Assembly: GCA_018304465.1 (NCBI GenBank)
Contig: JAGVWC010000008.1
Coordinates: 1-64,000 of the forward strand
Direction: 5' to 3'
DNA length: 64,000 nt
From: Candidatus Iainarchaeum sp.
GTDB taxonomy: Archaea > Iainarchaeota > Iainarchaeia > Iainarchaeales > JAGVWC01
Of this stretch, positions 10,367-19,653 are shown one piece after another; position 1 is the first letter of the stretch; each line of letters begins with the position of its first letter. The notes below the pieces were generated by a model. The model saw only the letters and a list, made by a program, of their open reading frames with translations, searched no databases and was not told the DNA's origin. Position numbers and translations under genes: made by a program.

Positions 10367-11053
10367 TTACATCTTGAAGCATTGACCCGCTTTCAAAATC
10401 ACGGGCTGCGTTTTCAGAATCGATTTTTCGATCTTGTACTTGAATTCCAAGGGATCGGCCTTGATCATTTTGAAAGTATTGTAATGCATCGGAATCGCGA
10501 TTTCGGGTTTCATGGCTTTGGTCGCGCGAATCGCGTCCACGACATCCATGGTTTCGTAACCGCCGATCGGAAGCAACGCCACGTCCGCCTTGATTTTCGA
10601 GAAATCATCCAGCAAATCCGTGTCACCGGCGTGAAACACCGTGTGACCGTTTCCCGACACCAAATAACCCATGGGATAAAACGCTTTCGGGTGATGCGCG
10701 TCCGTTGCCACGATATCCACTCCACGCAAAGAAACGTGTTCGCCGGTTGAAATCGCGTGCACGAACCGCTTGGGCAATTCCAATTGCTGCACCAGACTTT
10801 CGTGACACACCAGACACGCGTTGTTTTCCAACACAATGCGCTTAATCAGTTCCGGATCAAAATGATCGAAGTGCTCGTGCGTAATGAGCACCAGATCAAT
10901 GTCCTTCAAATCGGAGTCCTTGACTTTAGGGGTCTCAAGACAACTAAAATCGATCGTGCCGTTCGTTTTTCCAACAAACGGATCAATCAATACATTCTTT
11001 CCGCGGAAACTGAGTTTGAAAAAAGCGTGTCCGAAGAAACGAATGTGAACCAA
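10367..11053 (-). CDS. metal-dependent hydrolase, MBL fold (UPF0173-like)
   Basis: IRFFGHAFFKL...VLITHEHFDH...HAGD...PMHY is the beta-lactamase-fold motif series. The track ORF (to 11554) extends through low-complexity antisense of the 11168 gene, so I infer a TTG/GTG start near 11053. Confidence 0.65.
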   Translation of the reverse strand: MVHIRFFGHAFFKLSFRGKNVLIDPFVGKTNGTIDFSCLETPKVKDSDLKDIDLVLITHEHFDHFDPELIKRIVLENNACLVCHESLVQQLELPKRFVHAISTGEHVSLRGVDIVATDAHHPKAFYPMGYLVSGNGHTVFHAGDTDLLDDFSKIKADVALLPIGGYETMDVVDAIRATKAMKPEIAIPMHYNTFKMIKADPLEFKYKIEKSILKTQPVILKAGQCFKM

Positions 11054-11167
11054 GGCACACCATCCAACAGAACTAATCAAACGACGAGCATATAAACCAA
11101 ATCGCCCAAAAACGCGTTTTTTCGCCTCGCCGTGCGTTAGTTTAAAAAAACCAGAAATCCCTATAAT

Positions 11168-11974
11168 ATGATTATGAGAAAAGTCCTGCTTGTGCTTTTG
11201 ATCCTCGCGGCGATGGCAACCCTTAACGTGAATGCCCGAACGATTTCCCAGCACCTGATCGAAATCCAGGTGGATGGCCAGGAAAACACCCACATCAGCG
11301 AACGATACGTTTTTTCGTTTGACAACCCGACGGAACTCGAAACCCTGCGAAGCGAAGCAAGACGCATTGGCGCCGACATCGCGGGCTGGCGCGCGTTTGA
11401 CCAAAACATCTACGCGCACATCGGACAGATTCGACCCGGAACCGGAAAAATCGGGTTCGAAGAAAAAGAAGGCGACCGCTACGTCAAAATCGAATACGAA
11501 ACCCGCGACCCGCTGTTTACCGCGGTTGAAACCACGCGCAGGACCACCTACCAACTTGATTCACGGCAATTATCCGCGTTCCAGACCGGAAGCGTCTACA
11601 CGATCCAGCCCAACACCAAAATCGTGATCATGATTCCCCGCAACGGCCGCTTTGACGCGGAACAAATCAACCCGCGCCCCGAAATCAATTTCGAAACCAA
11701 CCGGTTCGTATGGAGCGGCTACTTGAATACCACGGGCGCATTCGAATTCGAATACTGGATCGAAAAACAAATCGCGCCCACCATCACGATTTCACAAGCC
11801 ATCCAAACATTTTTACCCAAAGACGAATTCAAGGTCCTGCTTGCCATCCTGCTCTTGGGACTGGGCGTGATTTATTTCAAGCGAAACTCCATTCAGGAAA
11901 AAATCGAAGGCTACATCATCGAAAACTCGACGCCGGACAAACAAAACGAAACCGAACCCGTCGAACTCGAATAA
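11168..11974 (+). CDS. secreted/membrane-anchored protein (signal peptide plus C-terminal TM anchor)
   Basis: MIMRKVLLVLLILAAMATLNVNA signal peptide. C-terminal helix KVLLAILLLGLGVIYF followed by an acidic tail. Confidence 0.55.
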   Translation: MIMRKVLLVLLILAAMATLNVNARTISQHLIEIQVDGQENTHISERYVFSFDNPTELETLRSEARRIGADIAGWRAFDQNIYAHIGQIRPGTGKIGFEEKEGDRYVKIEYETRDPLFTAVETTRRTTYQLDSRQLSAFQTGSVYTIQPNTKIVIMIPRNGRFDAEQINPRPEINFETNRFVWSGYLNTTGAFEFEYWIEKQIAPTITISQAIQTFLPKDEFKVLLAILLLGLGVIYFKRNSIQEKIEGYIIENSTPDKQNETEPVELE

Positions 11975-11983
11975 AAAAAAAAC

Positions 11984-12271
11984 TCATTTTGAATTCGATC
12001 CGGTGTTTTTTGAAAACGCCACCAGCCCAAAGTACATGACGACCAGACCAAGCAACAGCAACCCGTACTGCTGAAAAATAAAACCCGCTAACTCCAATCC
12101 CACCCGCCAAAAACCATGCAATCCCAACCAATCGAAAAACGGTTCGAACAAGTCCTGAAAAAAAACCGGTTGAAAAACAACGATCACGATCAGGACGACG
12201 ACAAACGCGAAAACAAACACCGTCAAATTGTACTCGGCATCCACGGGTTTGAAACTCATATCATTTTTCAA
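11984..12271 (-). CDS. small membrane protein (2 TM)
   Basis: 95 aa with two hydrophobic helices. Fits between neighbouring genes without conflict once the 12116 ORF is trimmed to its internal ATG. Confidence 0.35.
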   Translation of the reverse strand: MKNDMSFKPVDAEYNLTVFVFAFVVVLIVIVVFQPVFFQDLFEPFFDWLGLHGFWRVGLELAGFIFQQYGLLLLGLVVMYFGLVAFSKNTGSNSK

Positions 12272-12316
12272 CCATCAAAAACCGTTAAAAATACGTTGGC
12301 CAACGATTACACGTAT

Positions 12317-12805
12317 ATGGCCGAAGAAGCCAAAAAAGAAGAAAAAAAAGAACCGCCCGTAAGCCTCGGAACGTTGCTATTGGTTGCGATCGGCGGACGA
12401 TTGCTGTTCAACAGCTTCGCATTGCAAATCGCTTCCGTGGAACCGGTTTTGCCAACAGCGATCCTCACCGGAATTTACTTCGGAGCAGGACCCGCGATCC
12501 TGGTCGGGATTATGGGATACGCACTTAGCAATCTGTTTTTGGGGTCGCTTGGCGGATGGACGATCTGGCAAGGATTGTCCGGTGCGATCGCGGGATACAT
12601 CGGCGCCACAAGCAACCGCGACAACTACATTATGAACGTCATTATCGCCACGGTGATTTTCGAAGTCATTATGAATTTCACCGGCGCGGGATACACCGTG
12701 GATTCGGCGTACTTTTTCGGATCCCTCGGATACTCGATCACGCACGTCGTGGCCAATATTTTCTTTGCCGTGCTCTTCAAATCCCTGTGGCTAAAAGAAG
12801 AGTAA
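12317..12805 (+). CDS. membrane protein, possibly an ECF-type substrate-binding (S) component-like protein
   Basis: From MAEEAKKEEKKEPP the protein is 5 to 6 TM helices, Gly-rich. The upstream part of the track ORF (12116-) is hydrophilic, low-complexity and overlaps the minus-strand gene. Confidence 0.4.
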   Translation: MAEEAKKEEKKEPPVSLGTLLLVAIGGRLLFNSFALQIASVEPVLPTAILTGIYFGAGPAILVGIMGYALSNLFLGSLGGWTIWQGLSGAIAGYIGATSNRDNYIMNVIIATVIFEVIMNFTGAGYTVDSAYFFGSLGYSITHVVANIFFAVLFKSLWLKEE

Positions 12806-12810
12806 AACCG

Positions 12811-12987
12811 CTAATCCATGGCCGCGTACACGGCCGTCATCAAGAACAAAAACGAAATCAAGTATGTTTCGTACGTGTTCACGTCCGGACGAAACACGTT
12901 GATGCCGGACGCGGAAAGAACGAAAATAAGGAACGCAAACGCAATGAAAATCTGAATCGACCGGTACACCACTTTGAAGAACGCCAT
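12811..12987 (-). CDS. small hydrophobic protein (58 aa, 2 TM), below the ORF-track length cutoff
   Basis: My translation MAFFKVVYRSIQIFIAFAFLIFVLSASGINVFRPDVNTYETYLISFLFLMTAVYAAMD. Same strand as, and downstream of, the tandem paralogues. Confidence 0.3.
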   Translation of the reverse strand: MAFFKVVYRSIQIFIAFAFLIFVLSASGINVFRPDVNTYETYLISFLFLMTAVYAAMD

Positions 12988-12997
12988 TTTTTCACCT

Positions 12998-13372
12998 TTA
13001 CATCAAGAACAGATTAAACGCCGCAATCACGATGATCGACCGAAGAGTATTGATCAGCGGCAACCGCGTCTTTCCCCACGCATCATTCGCGAAAAACGCC
13101 AGCACTCCGATGGCGGCCACCATCGTCAGCAACAGAAAATTCTTGTCCACAATGGTCCACCCCATGGCACGGCTAAAATCGTTCGTGGCCCATACGTAAA
13201 ACGTGACGAAAATCGTGGCCCACACCCAGCCTTTTCCGTTTCCCGCGGAGTAAAAAAAATACCCGGCACCGGCAAACATGAACAGCCAGAGCAAGTTGTT
13301 GGGGATAAAAATGAAATTAACGATCCAGCCCAGATCAAACGAAAAGAAATGATACAAAAATTCAACCAACAT
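12998..13372 (-). CDS. small polytopic membrane protein, paralogue of 13568..13930
   Basis: MLVEFLYHFFSFDLGWIVNFIFIPNNLLWLF... against MFLEFLYHFFSFDLDWLIRFIFDPHSLFWLF... in the neighbour. The N-terminal 30 aa are near-identical, 4 TM. Confidence 0.6.
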   Translation of the reverse strand: MLVEFLYHFFSFDLGWIVNFIFIPNNLLWLFMFAGAGYFFYSAGNGKGWVWATIFVTFYVWATNDFSRAMGWTIVDKNFLLLTMVAAIGVLAFFANDAWGKTRLPLINTLRSIIVIAAFNLFLM

Positions 13373-13567
13373 ACAAATCCCTTAGTAGTACATCCACAGT
13401 CCCACGCAAACAGCAAAGAAAAAAATGATCGCCATTCCGCTGTACGAAAAAATCAAGTCGGAAAACAACGTGACGCCAAACACGACATTAAGGACTAACA
13501 TGACAAACGCAATCGTCACCAAGGCTTTCAATGCCCACAACACCGATTTGAGTAACACCATATTTCA

Positions 13568-13930
13568 TCACTTGCTCAAAAACCACAACAGGATCCACAT
13601 TCCAAAGATAAACGTCACGGCCAGCTGCGGCGAAATCTTGTCGAAATCCTTGTCGCCAATGACCCACGAATGCGCAAACACATTATACAGAAACATCAGC
13701 GCGAGCAATCCAAACGGAATTCCAAAACCGCTCAAGATCGCAAAGTCCACGAACAGCCAGTTGAAAATAATCAGGAAAAAAGCCGCCAAGAGCGCTTTCT
13801 TGGGCGCGTAAAAATACGACGCGACCGCGTACATCGCGAACAGCCAAAATAAACTATGCGGATCGAAAATAAATCGAATGAGCCAGTCCAGATCAAACGA
13901 AAAGAAATGATACAGGAATTCCAGAAACAC
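13568..13930 (-). CDS. small polytopic membrane protein, paralogue of 12998..13372
   Basis: See the paralogue. A TATA-like tttatat lies directly upstream of the ATG at 13930. Confidence 0.6.
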   Translation of the reverse strand: MFLEFLYHFFSFDLDWLIRFIFDPHSLFWLFAMYAVASYFYAPKKALLAAFFLIIFNWLFVDFAILSGFGIPFGLLALMFLYNVFAHSWVIGDKDFDKISPQLAVTFIFGMWILLWFLSK

Positions 13931-14038
13931 ATATAAATAGTACCTCTTTAACTATAAAAAGTTAATTATCAGGGTTTTTGAGGCAAAAAACCCTCAAAAC
14001 GTCGGATTTATAGCCCTAACGCCAATTCCAAGGTATAC

Positions 14039-15208
14039 ATGAACCCCACCCAACGCAGTGCATTACTCGTGGGCCTCGTGGTCTTGATCGCCATTGCGCT
14101 CGTGGGCATTTACCTCACCCAACCCGCCGCTCCACCCTTATCCCCACCTCAAACCCCCGCCGACCAAAACGACACCAATGCCGCCCCCTCACCCAACGGT
14201 TTTAGCCAGTTCGTACTCCCCCAACCGACTCCCGGCAGCTTTGACCGAAACCAGTTTATCGCCAAACTCTGCAACGACCCCGCTTCCATTCCCGGCACCC
14301 AGTACCCCGCTGAAAAATACCCGCAAAAAGTCCAGCAATGCGGAGACAACTACGTCATTTATCCCCCTCAAAACGCCACCAATCCACCCTTCATTTTCAT
14401 TGATCAACAATACCGCGTGCTTGGATCCTGCGAACAAAAACCCAACGCGATCCGACTCATGGCCGAATGCCCGATTCCGTGCGCACCCGAAAACCTCTGC
14501 CACAACAAACCCATTTCCCCCATGGACGGTGGCGGCATCGCAAACCCAGGTCAACCTCCCGGAGCAGACGGAGAAGGCGGCGAAGGCGGAACGCCCCCCG
14601 AAACACCGACCACTCCACCCGATACACCCCCGATTACCCCGCCGGACACAAACAATGACCAAATCAATCTTGAAAATTACATCCGCACCGATGACCCCGC
14701 ATACTGCGAACTCATCGAAGACCCCCAACTGCGCGAGTATTGTTTTTCACTCGGCCTCGATGACGACACCAACGTGCTTGAAAACTTCGAAGCCGTCTAC
14801 ACTTCCGCCAACAACACGGATTACAACCAAATCGAAATATACCAAAACGGACTCACGTTTCGCTCGATTCCCGAGCCCCCCGCTTCCTGCCAAGACTGGA
14901 CGGAACCCACGCCCTGTTATCTCGCCGAAGACGTCTCAAGCCAGTACATCGTGTTAACCACCACCGACCTCAACCGACTCGTATCATTGATCAGCGAAAT
15001 CAATTTCGTGGTGCTCGACGACGCGTACAACACCAATCCCCCGGTCGGCGATTCCTACGACCAGCAGCTCTACGTCAAACTGCGTCGCACCGAAAAAATG
15101 GTGACCTACACCACGTACCAGGACGCTCCCGCGGCCCCGGAATCGTTTGACATCATCAAAACAGAACTCTTCGAACTCGTCCGACGAAAATTCGGACCCC
15201 AAAACTAG
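14039..15208 (+). CDS. membrane-anchored extracellular Cys-rich protein with a Pro/Thr-rich linker
   Basis: N-terminal TM LLVGLVVLIAIALVGIYL, a PT-rich linker (TPPETPTTPPDTPPITPPDT) and multiple Cys. The alternative-frame ORF 14094..14957 is P/T/S low-complexity and is rejected. Confidence 0.55.
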   Translation: MNPTQRSALLVGLVVLIAIALVGIYLTQPAAPPLSPPQTPADQNDTNAAPSPNGFSQFVLPQPTPGSFDRNQFIAKLCNDPASIPGTQYPAEKYPQKVQQCGDNYVIYPPQNATNPPFIFIDQQYRVLGSCEQKPNAIRLMAECPIPCAPENLCHNKPISPMDGGGIANPGQPPGADGEGGEGGTPPETPTTPPDTPPITPPDTNNDQINLENYIRTDDPAYCELIEDPQLREYCFSLGLDDDTNVLENFEAVYTSANNTDYNQIEIYQNGLTFRSIPEPPASCQDWTEPTPCYLAEDVSSQYIVLTTTDLNRLVSLISEINFVVLDDAYNTNPPVGDSYDQQLYVKLRRTEKMVTYTTYQDAPAAPESFDIIKTELFELVRRKFGPQN

Positions 15209-15627
15209 CGTGTTTTCGAAAAACGTCGCGCCCGCTTGATCGTCCCCTGGGCAACGCCGACAAATTTTATTTTTTTCAACTTCAACGCGTTTTGCACCGA
15301 AAAATCATCCGTGACCACGACCAAATCCGGATGCATCGCTTTCAATTCCGTGGCCAACGCCACCACGGCCACATCGGTGTCGCTTAAACCCCTCAAGCCG
15401 TTTTCATCCAGAAACGACAAAACCCCCTGAATCGACAACGGACAGGGATCCATCACCGTCAACACTTCGGATTGGGCAGCGTTTTCGGAAAGCGACTTGG
15501 AGCGAAAGTCCCGCCACTCATCCATGACTCCAAAAGGACAAAAATAACGGTTCTTCGAATCGAACGAAAAACCCTCGTTGTTTAGCAACGCCGCGGCATC
15601 CAGGACAAAAACAGGCATGTTTCTCAC
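15205..15627 (-). CDS. PIN-domain nuclease (VapC/Fcf1-like)
   Basis: Acidic residues at the conserved PIN positions: VFVLDAAAL, MDEWRD, LSDTDVAVVALA, VVTDDFSVQNALKL. Confidence 0.55.
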   Translation of the reverse strand: MRNMPVFVLDAAALLNNEGFSFDSKNRYFCPFGVMDEWRDFRSKSLSENAAQSEVLTVMDPCPLSIQGVLSFLDENGLRGLSDTDVAVVALATELKAMHPDLVVVTDDFSVQNALKLKKIKFVGVAQGTIKRARRFSKTR

Positions 15628-15678
15628 TAAATATTATTAAACAATTCGAGTTTAAATAAGTGAGACCAAAAACCAGGC

Positions 15679-17157
15679 GTGTTCATGACGATCGAAAAAA
15701 CCATCAAATCGCTTTCCGACATCGAAAGACAAACCATTCGATATTTATCGGAAAAAAAACCAAAAACGATCGAAGAAATCAGCGACGAAAGCAAGCTCCA
15801 TATCGATTCCGTTCGGCGCGCCGTGAACTGGTTAACCGAAAAAAAGCTTGCCAAAACGGATACCCAAACCCAAAGCGAATGGAAACTGACCCCCGCCGGA
15901 AAAAGCTCTCTTTCCAACGGATTACCCGAAATACTGTTCCTGCGCGCGATCACCGACCTGAACGGAAAAGCCACGTTGGAACAAATTTACAAAAAAAGCC
16001 AATTAAACCGCCCCGAACTCAACGCCGCCATGGGACTCTGTCGCAAAAACGCGTGGATCACGGTCTCCAAACAAGAAAACGAGGTCGTACTCGAACTCAC
16101 CGGCATTGAAAGCGAAATACTCGAGAGAAAATACCGGCTTCAAGAAACGCTTATTCAAGTATCCAAAGGAAACCAGCCCGGCAAACCCAATCCGATCATC
16201 GAAGACCTGCGCCGACGCGGACTCATTGAAGAACGCGCCGAAAAAGCGACGCTTGCAACCCTCACGACCGAAGGCGCCGCGGCACTGCCTTTGCTTGAAA
16301 AAAACAAAACCCGAAACTTCGACGTGCAAGGCGAAGTACCGGAATTATTTTTCGGAAAAAAACAGCCGTACCAGCAGTTCCTCAAACTCGTGACGCGAAA
16401 ACTCAACGAAATGGGATTCATGGAAATGGATTCCCCCCTGGTTACGCAAGAATTCTACAATTTCGACGTCTTGTTCCAGCCACAAAACCATCCCGCGCGA
16501 AGCTGGACCGACACGTACCAATTAAAACAGCCCAAAACCGGAAAACTGCCGCCAAGCCCCGTTGTTTCCGCGATCAAAGCCGCGCACGAAAACGGCGGCA
16601 AAAGCCAAAGCACCGGATGGCAATACGATTGGAGCGAAGAAATCGCCCGCCGCGTCATGCCCACCGCGCACGGAACCGCGCACTCGGCACGCCAACTCGT
16701 CAAAGGCGTTTCGATTCCAGGAAAATACTACACCATTGCGCGTTGCTTTCGCCCCGATGTCGTGGACGCCACGCACCTGATCGAATTCAACCAAATGGAA
16801 GGAATCGTCATCGGAGACGACCTGAATTTCCGCCACTTGCTTGGGCTCCTCAAACAATTCGCCGTTGAATTCGCCGGCGCCGAAGAAGTCAAATTCGCGC
16901 CGTCGTATTACCCGTTCACAGAACCCTCGGTTCAATTAAACGCCCGCCACAAAGAACTCGGATGGATCGAACTTGGCGGCGCGGGAATGTTCCGACCCGA
17001 AATGCACGAAAACCTCGGCATCTCCCAACAAATACTCGCGTGGGGAATCGGAATCGACCGGCTTGCCATGCTAAAACTCGGCATCAAAGACATCCGATAT
17101 TTGTTTTCAGACGATTTAACCTGGCTTCGCAACGCTCCGGCGGTGAAACTCGAATGA
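15679..17157 (+). CDS. pheS: phenylalanine--tRNA ligase alpha subunit (archaeal type, N-terminal wHTH domains)
   Basis: Class II core FRPDVVDATHLIEFNQMEGIVIGDDLNFRHLLGLL...GAGMFRPEM, 492 aa. Confidence 0.9.
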   Translation: MFMTIEKTIKSLSDIERQTIRYLSEKKPKTIEEISDESKLHIDSVRRAVNWLTEKKLAKTDTQTQSEWKLTPAGKSSLSNGLPEILFLRAITDLNGKATLEQIYKKSQLNRPELNAAMGLCRKNAWITVSKQENEVVLELTGIESEILERKYRLQETLIQVSKGNQPGKPNPIIEDLRRRGLIEERAEKATLATLTTEGAAALPLLEKNKTRNFDVQGEVPELFFGKKQPYQQFLKLVTRKLNEMGFMEMDSPLVTQEFYNFDVLFQPQNHPARSWTDTYQLKQPKTGKLPPSPVVSAIKAAHENGGKSQSTGWQYDWSEEIARRVMPTAHGTAHSARQLVKGVSIPGKYYTIARCFRPDVVDATHLIEFNQMEGIVIGDDLNFRHLLGLLKQFAVEFAGAEEVKFAPSYYPFTEPSVQLNARHKELGWIELGGAGMFRPEMHENLGISQQILAWGIGIDRLAMLKLGIKDIRYLFSDDLTWLRNAPAVKLE

Positions 17158-17678
17158 ACCCCAGCCGCGAATACGAAAAAAACCCGGAACTTGCCGCCGC
17201 GGTCCGACAAGGAACGCTTTCCCAGGACGAAGCCGAATTCTGGGCCACGACCGCGACCCGCGCCCGATTCCAAAAACCCCTTCAGGAAAAAGGCATGGAC
17301 GCGCTCAAACGCATCGCCCAAACCAACTTAATCCAATCCCCGCGAAAACGCTTTTTGCCCCCGAAAAAAACCATTCAACCGACACGCAAAACACAACCGC
17401 CGGTCAAACCCAAACCACCAGTGAAACCGCAAAAAACCGCGCAAGACCCAACGCCTCCCGCCGGCGTGAGCCGCGAAGAAATCGCCAAGCTATTGAAACT
17501 CATTCCGCGAAAAAGAGCCGTGGCGTTCATCCTGAAGAAACGGACGCCAGACCAAATCAGGGGCATCATCCGCGACCTTTCCAGCGGTGCCCGAAACCCC
17601 AAAACGCTTTCCCGAAACTATTCCAAGACCCCGGAAAAACGCAGCCGGCGCATTCAACAACGAAAGAGGCGCAGATAA
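17154..17678 (+). CDS. hypothetical basic Pro/Lys-rich protein encoded between pheS and pheT
   Basis: ATG overlaps the pheS stop (ATGA at 17154-17157) and its stop overlaps the pheT start (TAATG at 17675-17680). 174 aa: MNPSREYEKNPELAAAV...KPKPPVKPQK...REEIAKLLKLIPRKRAVAFILKK...QQRKRRR. Confidence 0.5.
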   Translation: MNPSREYEKNPELAAAVRQGTLSQDEAEFWATTATRARFQKPLQEKGMDALKRIAQTNLIQSPRKRFLPPKKTIQPTRKTQPPVKPKPPVKPQKTAQDPTPPAGVSREEIAKLLKLIPRKRAVAFILKKRTPDQIRGIIRDLSSGARNPKTLSRNYSKTPEKRSRRIQQRKRRR

Positions 17679-19339
17679 TGCCATCCCTTGAAATCAGCAA
17701 AAAAGACCTCGAGCAACTGGTCGGAAAAAAATTCAAAACCAAAGACGAACTGGAAGAAACGCTTCAGTACGCGAAAACCGAACTGGATTCGCTGGAAGGC
17801 GATCTCATCAAATGCTCGCCCTCCGACACGAATCGCCCGGACCTGTATTCCACAGAAGGAATCGCGCGCGAACTCAAAAGCCGCTTGGGAATTTCTCCAG
17901 GCATTCCGAAATACGCCGTGAAAAAAGGAAACGTAAAAGTTACGGTCGAAAAAACCGTTGAAAAAACCCTTCCTTTTTTTGTCGGCGCCGTGGTTCGAAA
18001 CGTCAAAGTCACCGAAGACATGCTGATCCAACTCATTCAATTGCAGGAAAAAGTCACGACGACGTTTGGCCGCCGGCGACGCGAAGCCGCGATCGGAATA
18101 TACGATTTTGACAAAATGAAACCCCCGTTTTTTTTCAGAGGATACAAAGACAACGAAATCGAATTCGTGCCGCTTGAATACAAAGTTCCGATGCGGCCCA
18201 GCGAAATTCTCTTGGAACACCCCAAAGGAAAAGAATTCGCGCACTTACTTGCAGGAATCGAACGCTACCCCATCATCATAGATTCCGCCAACCAAGTGGC
18301 CAGCATGCCCCCGATTATCAATTCTCAAGCCACGGGAAAAGTCACGGAAAAAACCAAAAACCTGTTCGTGGAAGTCACCGGACACAAATTGGAAACCATT
18401 CAAACCGCGCTCAATGTCATGCTCATGGCGTTGGCGGACCGCGGCGGAATCATCGAAAGCATCGAAATCGAATACCCAAAAAGCCCGACGTACAAACAGC
18501 AAAAAATCATTTCTCCGCAATTCGACACCGGTTCCATGACGGTTCCCAAAAAACTCGTCAACGAAATCACGGGCATTTCCCTTGACGAGAAAAAAACCGT
18601 CACGCTGTTCCAACGAAGCGGATTCGACGTAAAAAACACCAAAGACGCTTTCATTGTCATGTACCCCAAATACCGCCAGGATATTTTGCACGCCGTGGAC
18701 ATCATCGAAGACCTGCTGATTTCCATCGGCTACAACAACATCGAACTGTCGCCGCTCAAACTCGCGGTCCTTGGATCCGAAAGCAAAACCGGCCGCGAAC
18801 TCGACGATGTGCGCGACGCGTGCATCGGAATGGGACTCCAGGAAATCCTGACCTTTAACCTGACCAGCATCGAAAAACAAACGCGTCTAATCGGAATCGA
18901 AAAAGACGAATTTGTTCAGATCGCAAACCCCGTGTCCCAAAACTCTGAAATCTTCCGAAAACAATTGTATCCCGAACTGCTTGAATTCCTCGCAAAAAAC
19001 AAACACGCGCAATACCCGCAAAAAATATTCGAAGTGGGAAAAACCGTTTCGATCGACCCAAGCAAAGAAACCGGATGCCGCGAAACCGACAAAATCGCGA
19101 TCGTAATCGCAAGCACGACCACGAATTTCACGGACATCAAATCGCACGCCAACGCGCTTGCCAAATATTCCAATCAAAAAATTTCTTTTGTCGAGACCGA
19201 GCACCCGACGCTTGAAAGCGGAAAAGCCGCCGCTGTCCAAATCGGAAACAGAAAAGGGATCCTCGGAGAATTATCCAAAACGGTTTCCCTCCAATTCGGA
19301 TTGAAAACCCCCGTAACGATTCTTGAAGTGGAATTATGA
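17678..19339 (+). CDS. pheT: phenylalanine--tRNA ligase beta subunit (archaeal type)
   Basis: 553 aa with archaeal PheT organisation (B3/B4 then B5 then catalytic-like domain). Operon with pheS. Confidence 0.85.
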   Translation: MPSLEISKKDLEQLVGKKFKTKDELEETLQYAKTELDSLEGDLIKCSPSDTNRPDLYSTEGIARELKSRLGISPGIPKYAVKKGNVKVTVEKTVEKTLPFFVGAVVRNVKVTEDMLIQLIQLQEKVTTTFGRRRREAAIGIYDFDKMKPPFFFRGYKDNEIEFVPLEYKVPMRPSEILLEHPKGKEFAHLLAGIERYPIIIDSANQVASMPPIINSQATGKVTEKTKNLFVEVTGHKLETIQTALNVMLMALADRGGIIESIEIEYPKSPTYKQQKIISPQFDTGSMTVPKKLVNEITGISLDEKKTVTLFQRSGFDVKNTKDAFIVMYPKYRQDILHAVDIIEDLLISIGYNNIELSPLKLAVLGSESKTGRELDDVRDACIGMGLQEILTFNLTSIEKQTRLIGIEKDEFVQIANPVSQNSEIFRKQLYPELLEFLAKNKHAQYPQKIFEVGKTVSIDPSKETGCRETDKIAIVIASTTTNFTDIKSHANALAKYSNQKISFVETEHPTLESGKAAAVQIGNRKGILGELSKTVSLQFGLKTPVTILEVEL

Positions 19340-19653
19340 AGCCGCTGTCCAGACGCAACCAAATTGAAATCGGAAAAAAATCAGAGTCATCAATGCCGAG
19401 CGCAAAAACGCCCAAACCAGGTTAAGCAAACAGAAAAAATGGCTCTTGACTACCCGCAGACACCTTCGTTCGCTGCAAGTAAAAGGCATTTTTTCCCCGG
19501 ATGAAATTGCGTATTGTAAGCGGGTGCAACTACCCCTCAGACAAGCGGTTCACCAGAGCGTACGGCAACTCAAACTTGAAACCCTGGATCGCGAGCGGAA
19601 AATCAAAAAACTGGTCTCAATGCTCAAAGGAAACAAAAACGGTTAAAAAAAAA

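Noticed and set aside
13931-14038. Imperfect inverted repeat tttgagg-N8-cctcaaa as a specific regulatory site in the divergent promoter
   Set aside because: It is a short 7-bp inverted repeat in an AT-rich promoter and could be chance. No second copy was seen elsewhere in the window.
14094-14957. 287-aa alternative-frame ORF inside 14039..15208
   Set aside because: It is Pro/Thr/Ser low-complexity produced by the C/A-rich sequence. The overlapping frame has a TM anchor and a coherent domain structure.
19340-19653. Possible ncRNA or small gene (66-aa ORF 19446..19646) in the 314-nt convergent gap between pheT and rfcL
   Set aside because: No recognisable tRNA, SRP or RNase P motifs. The ORF has no supporting features. 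The gap contains T-tracts on both strands, consistent with terminators.
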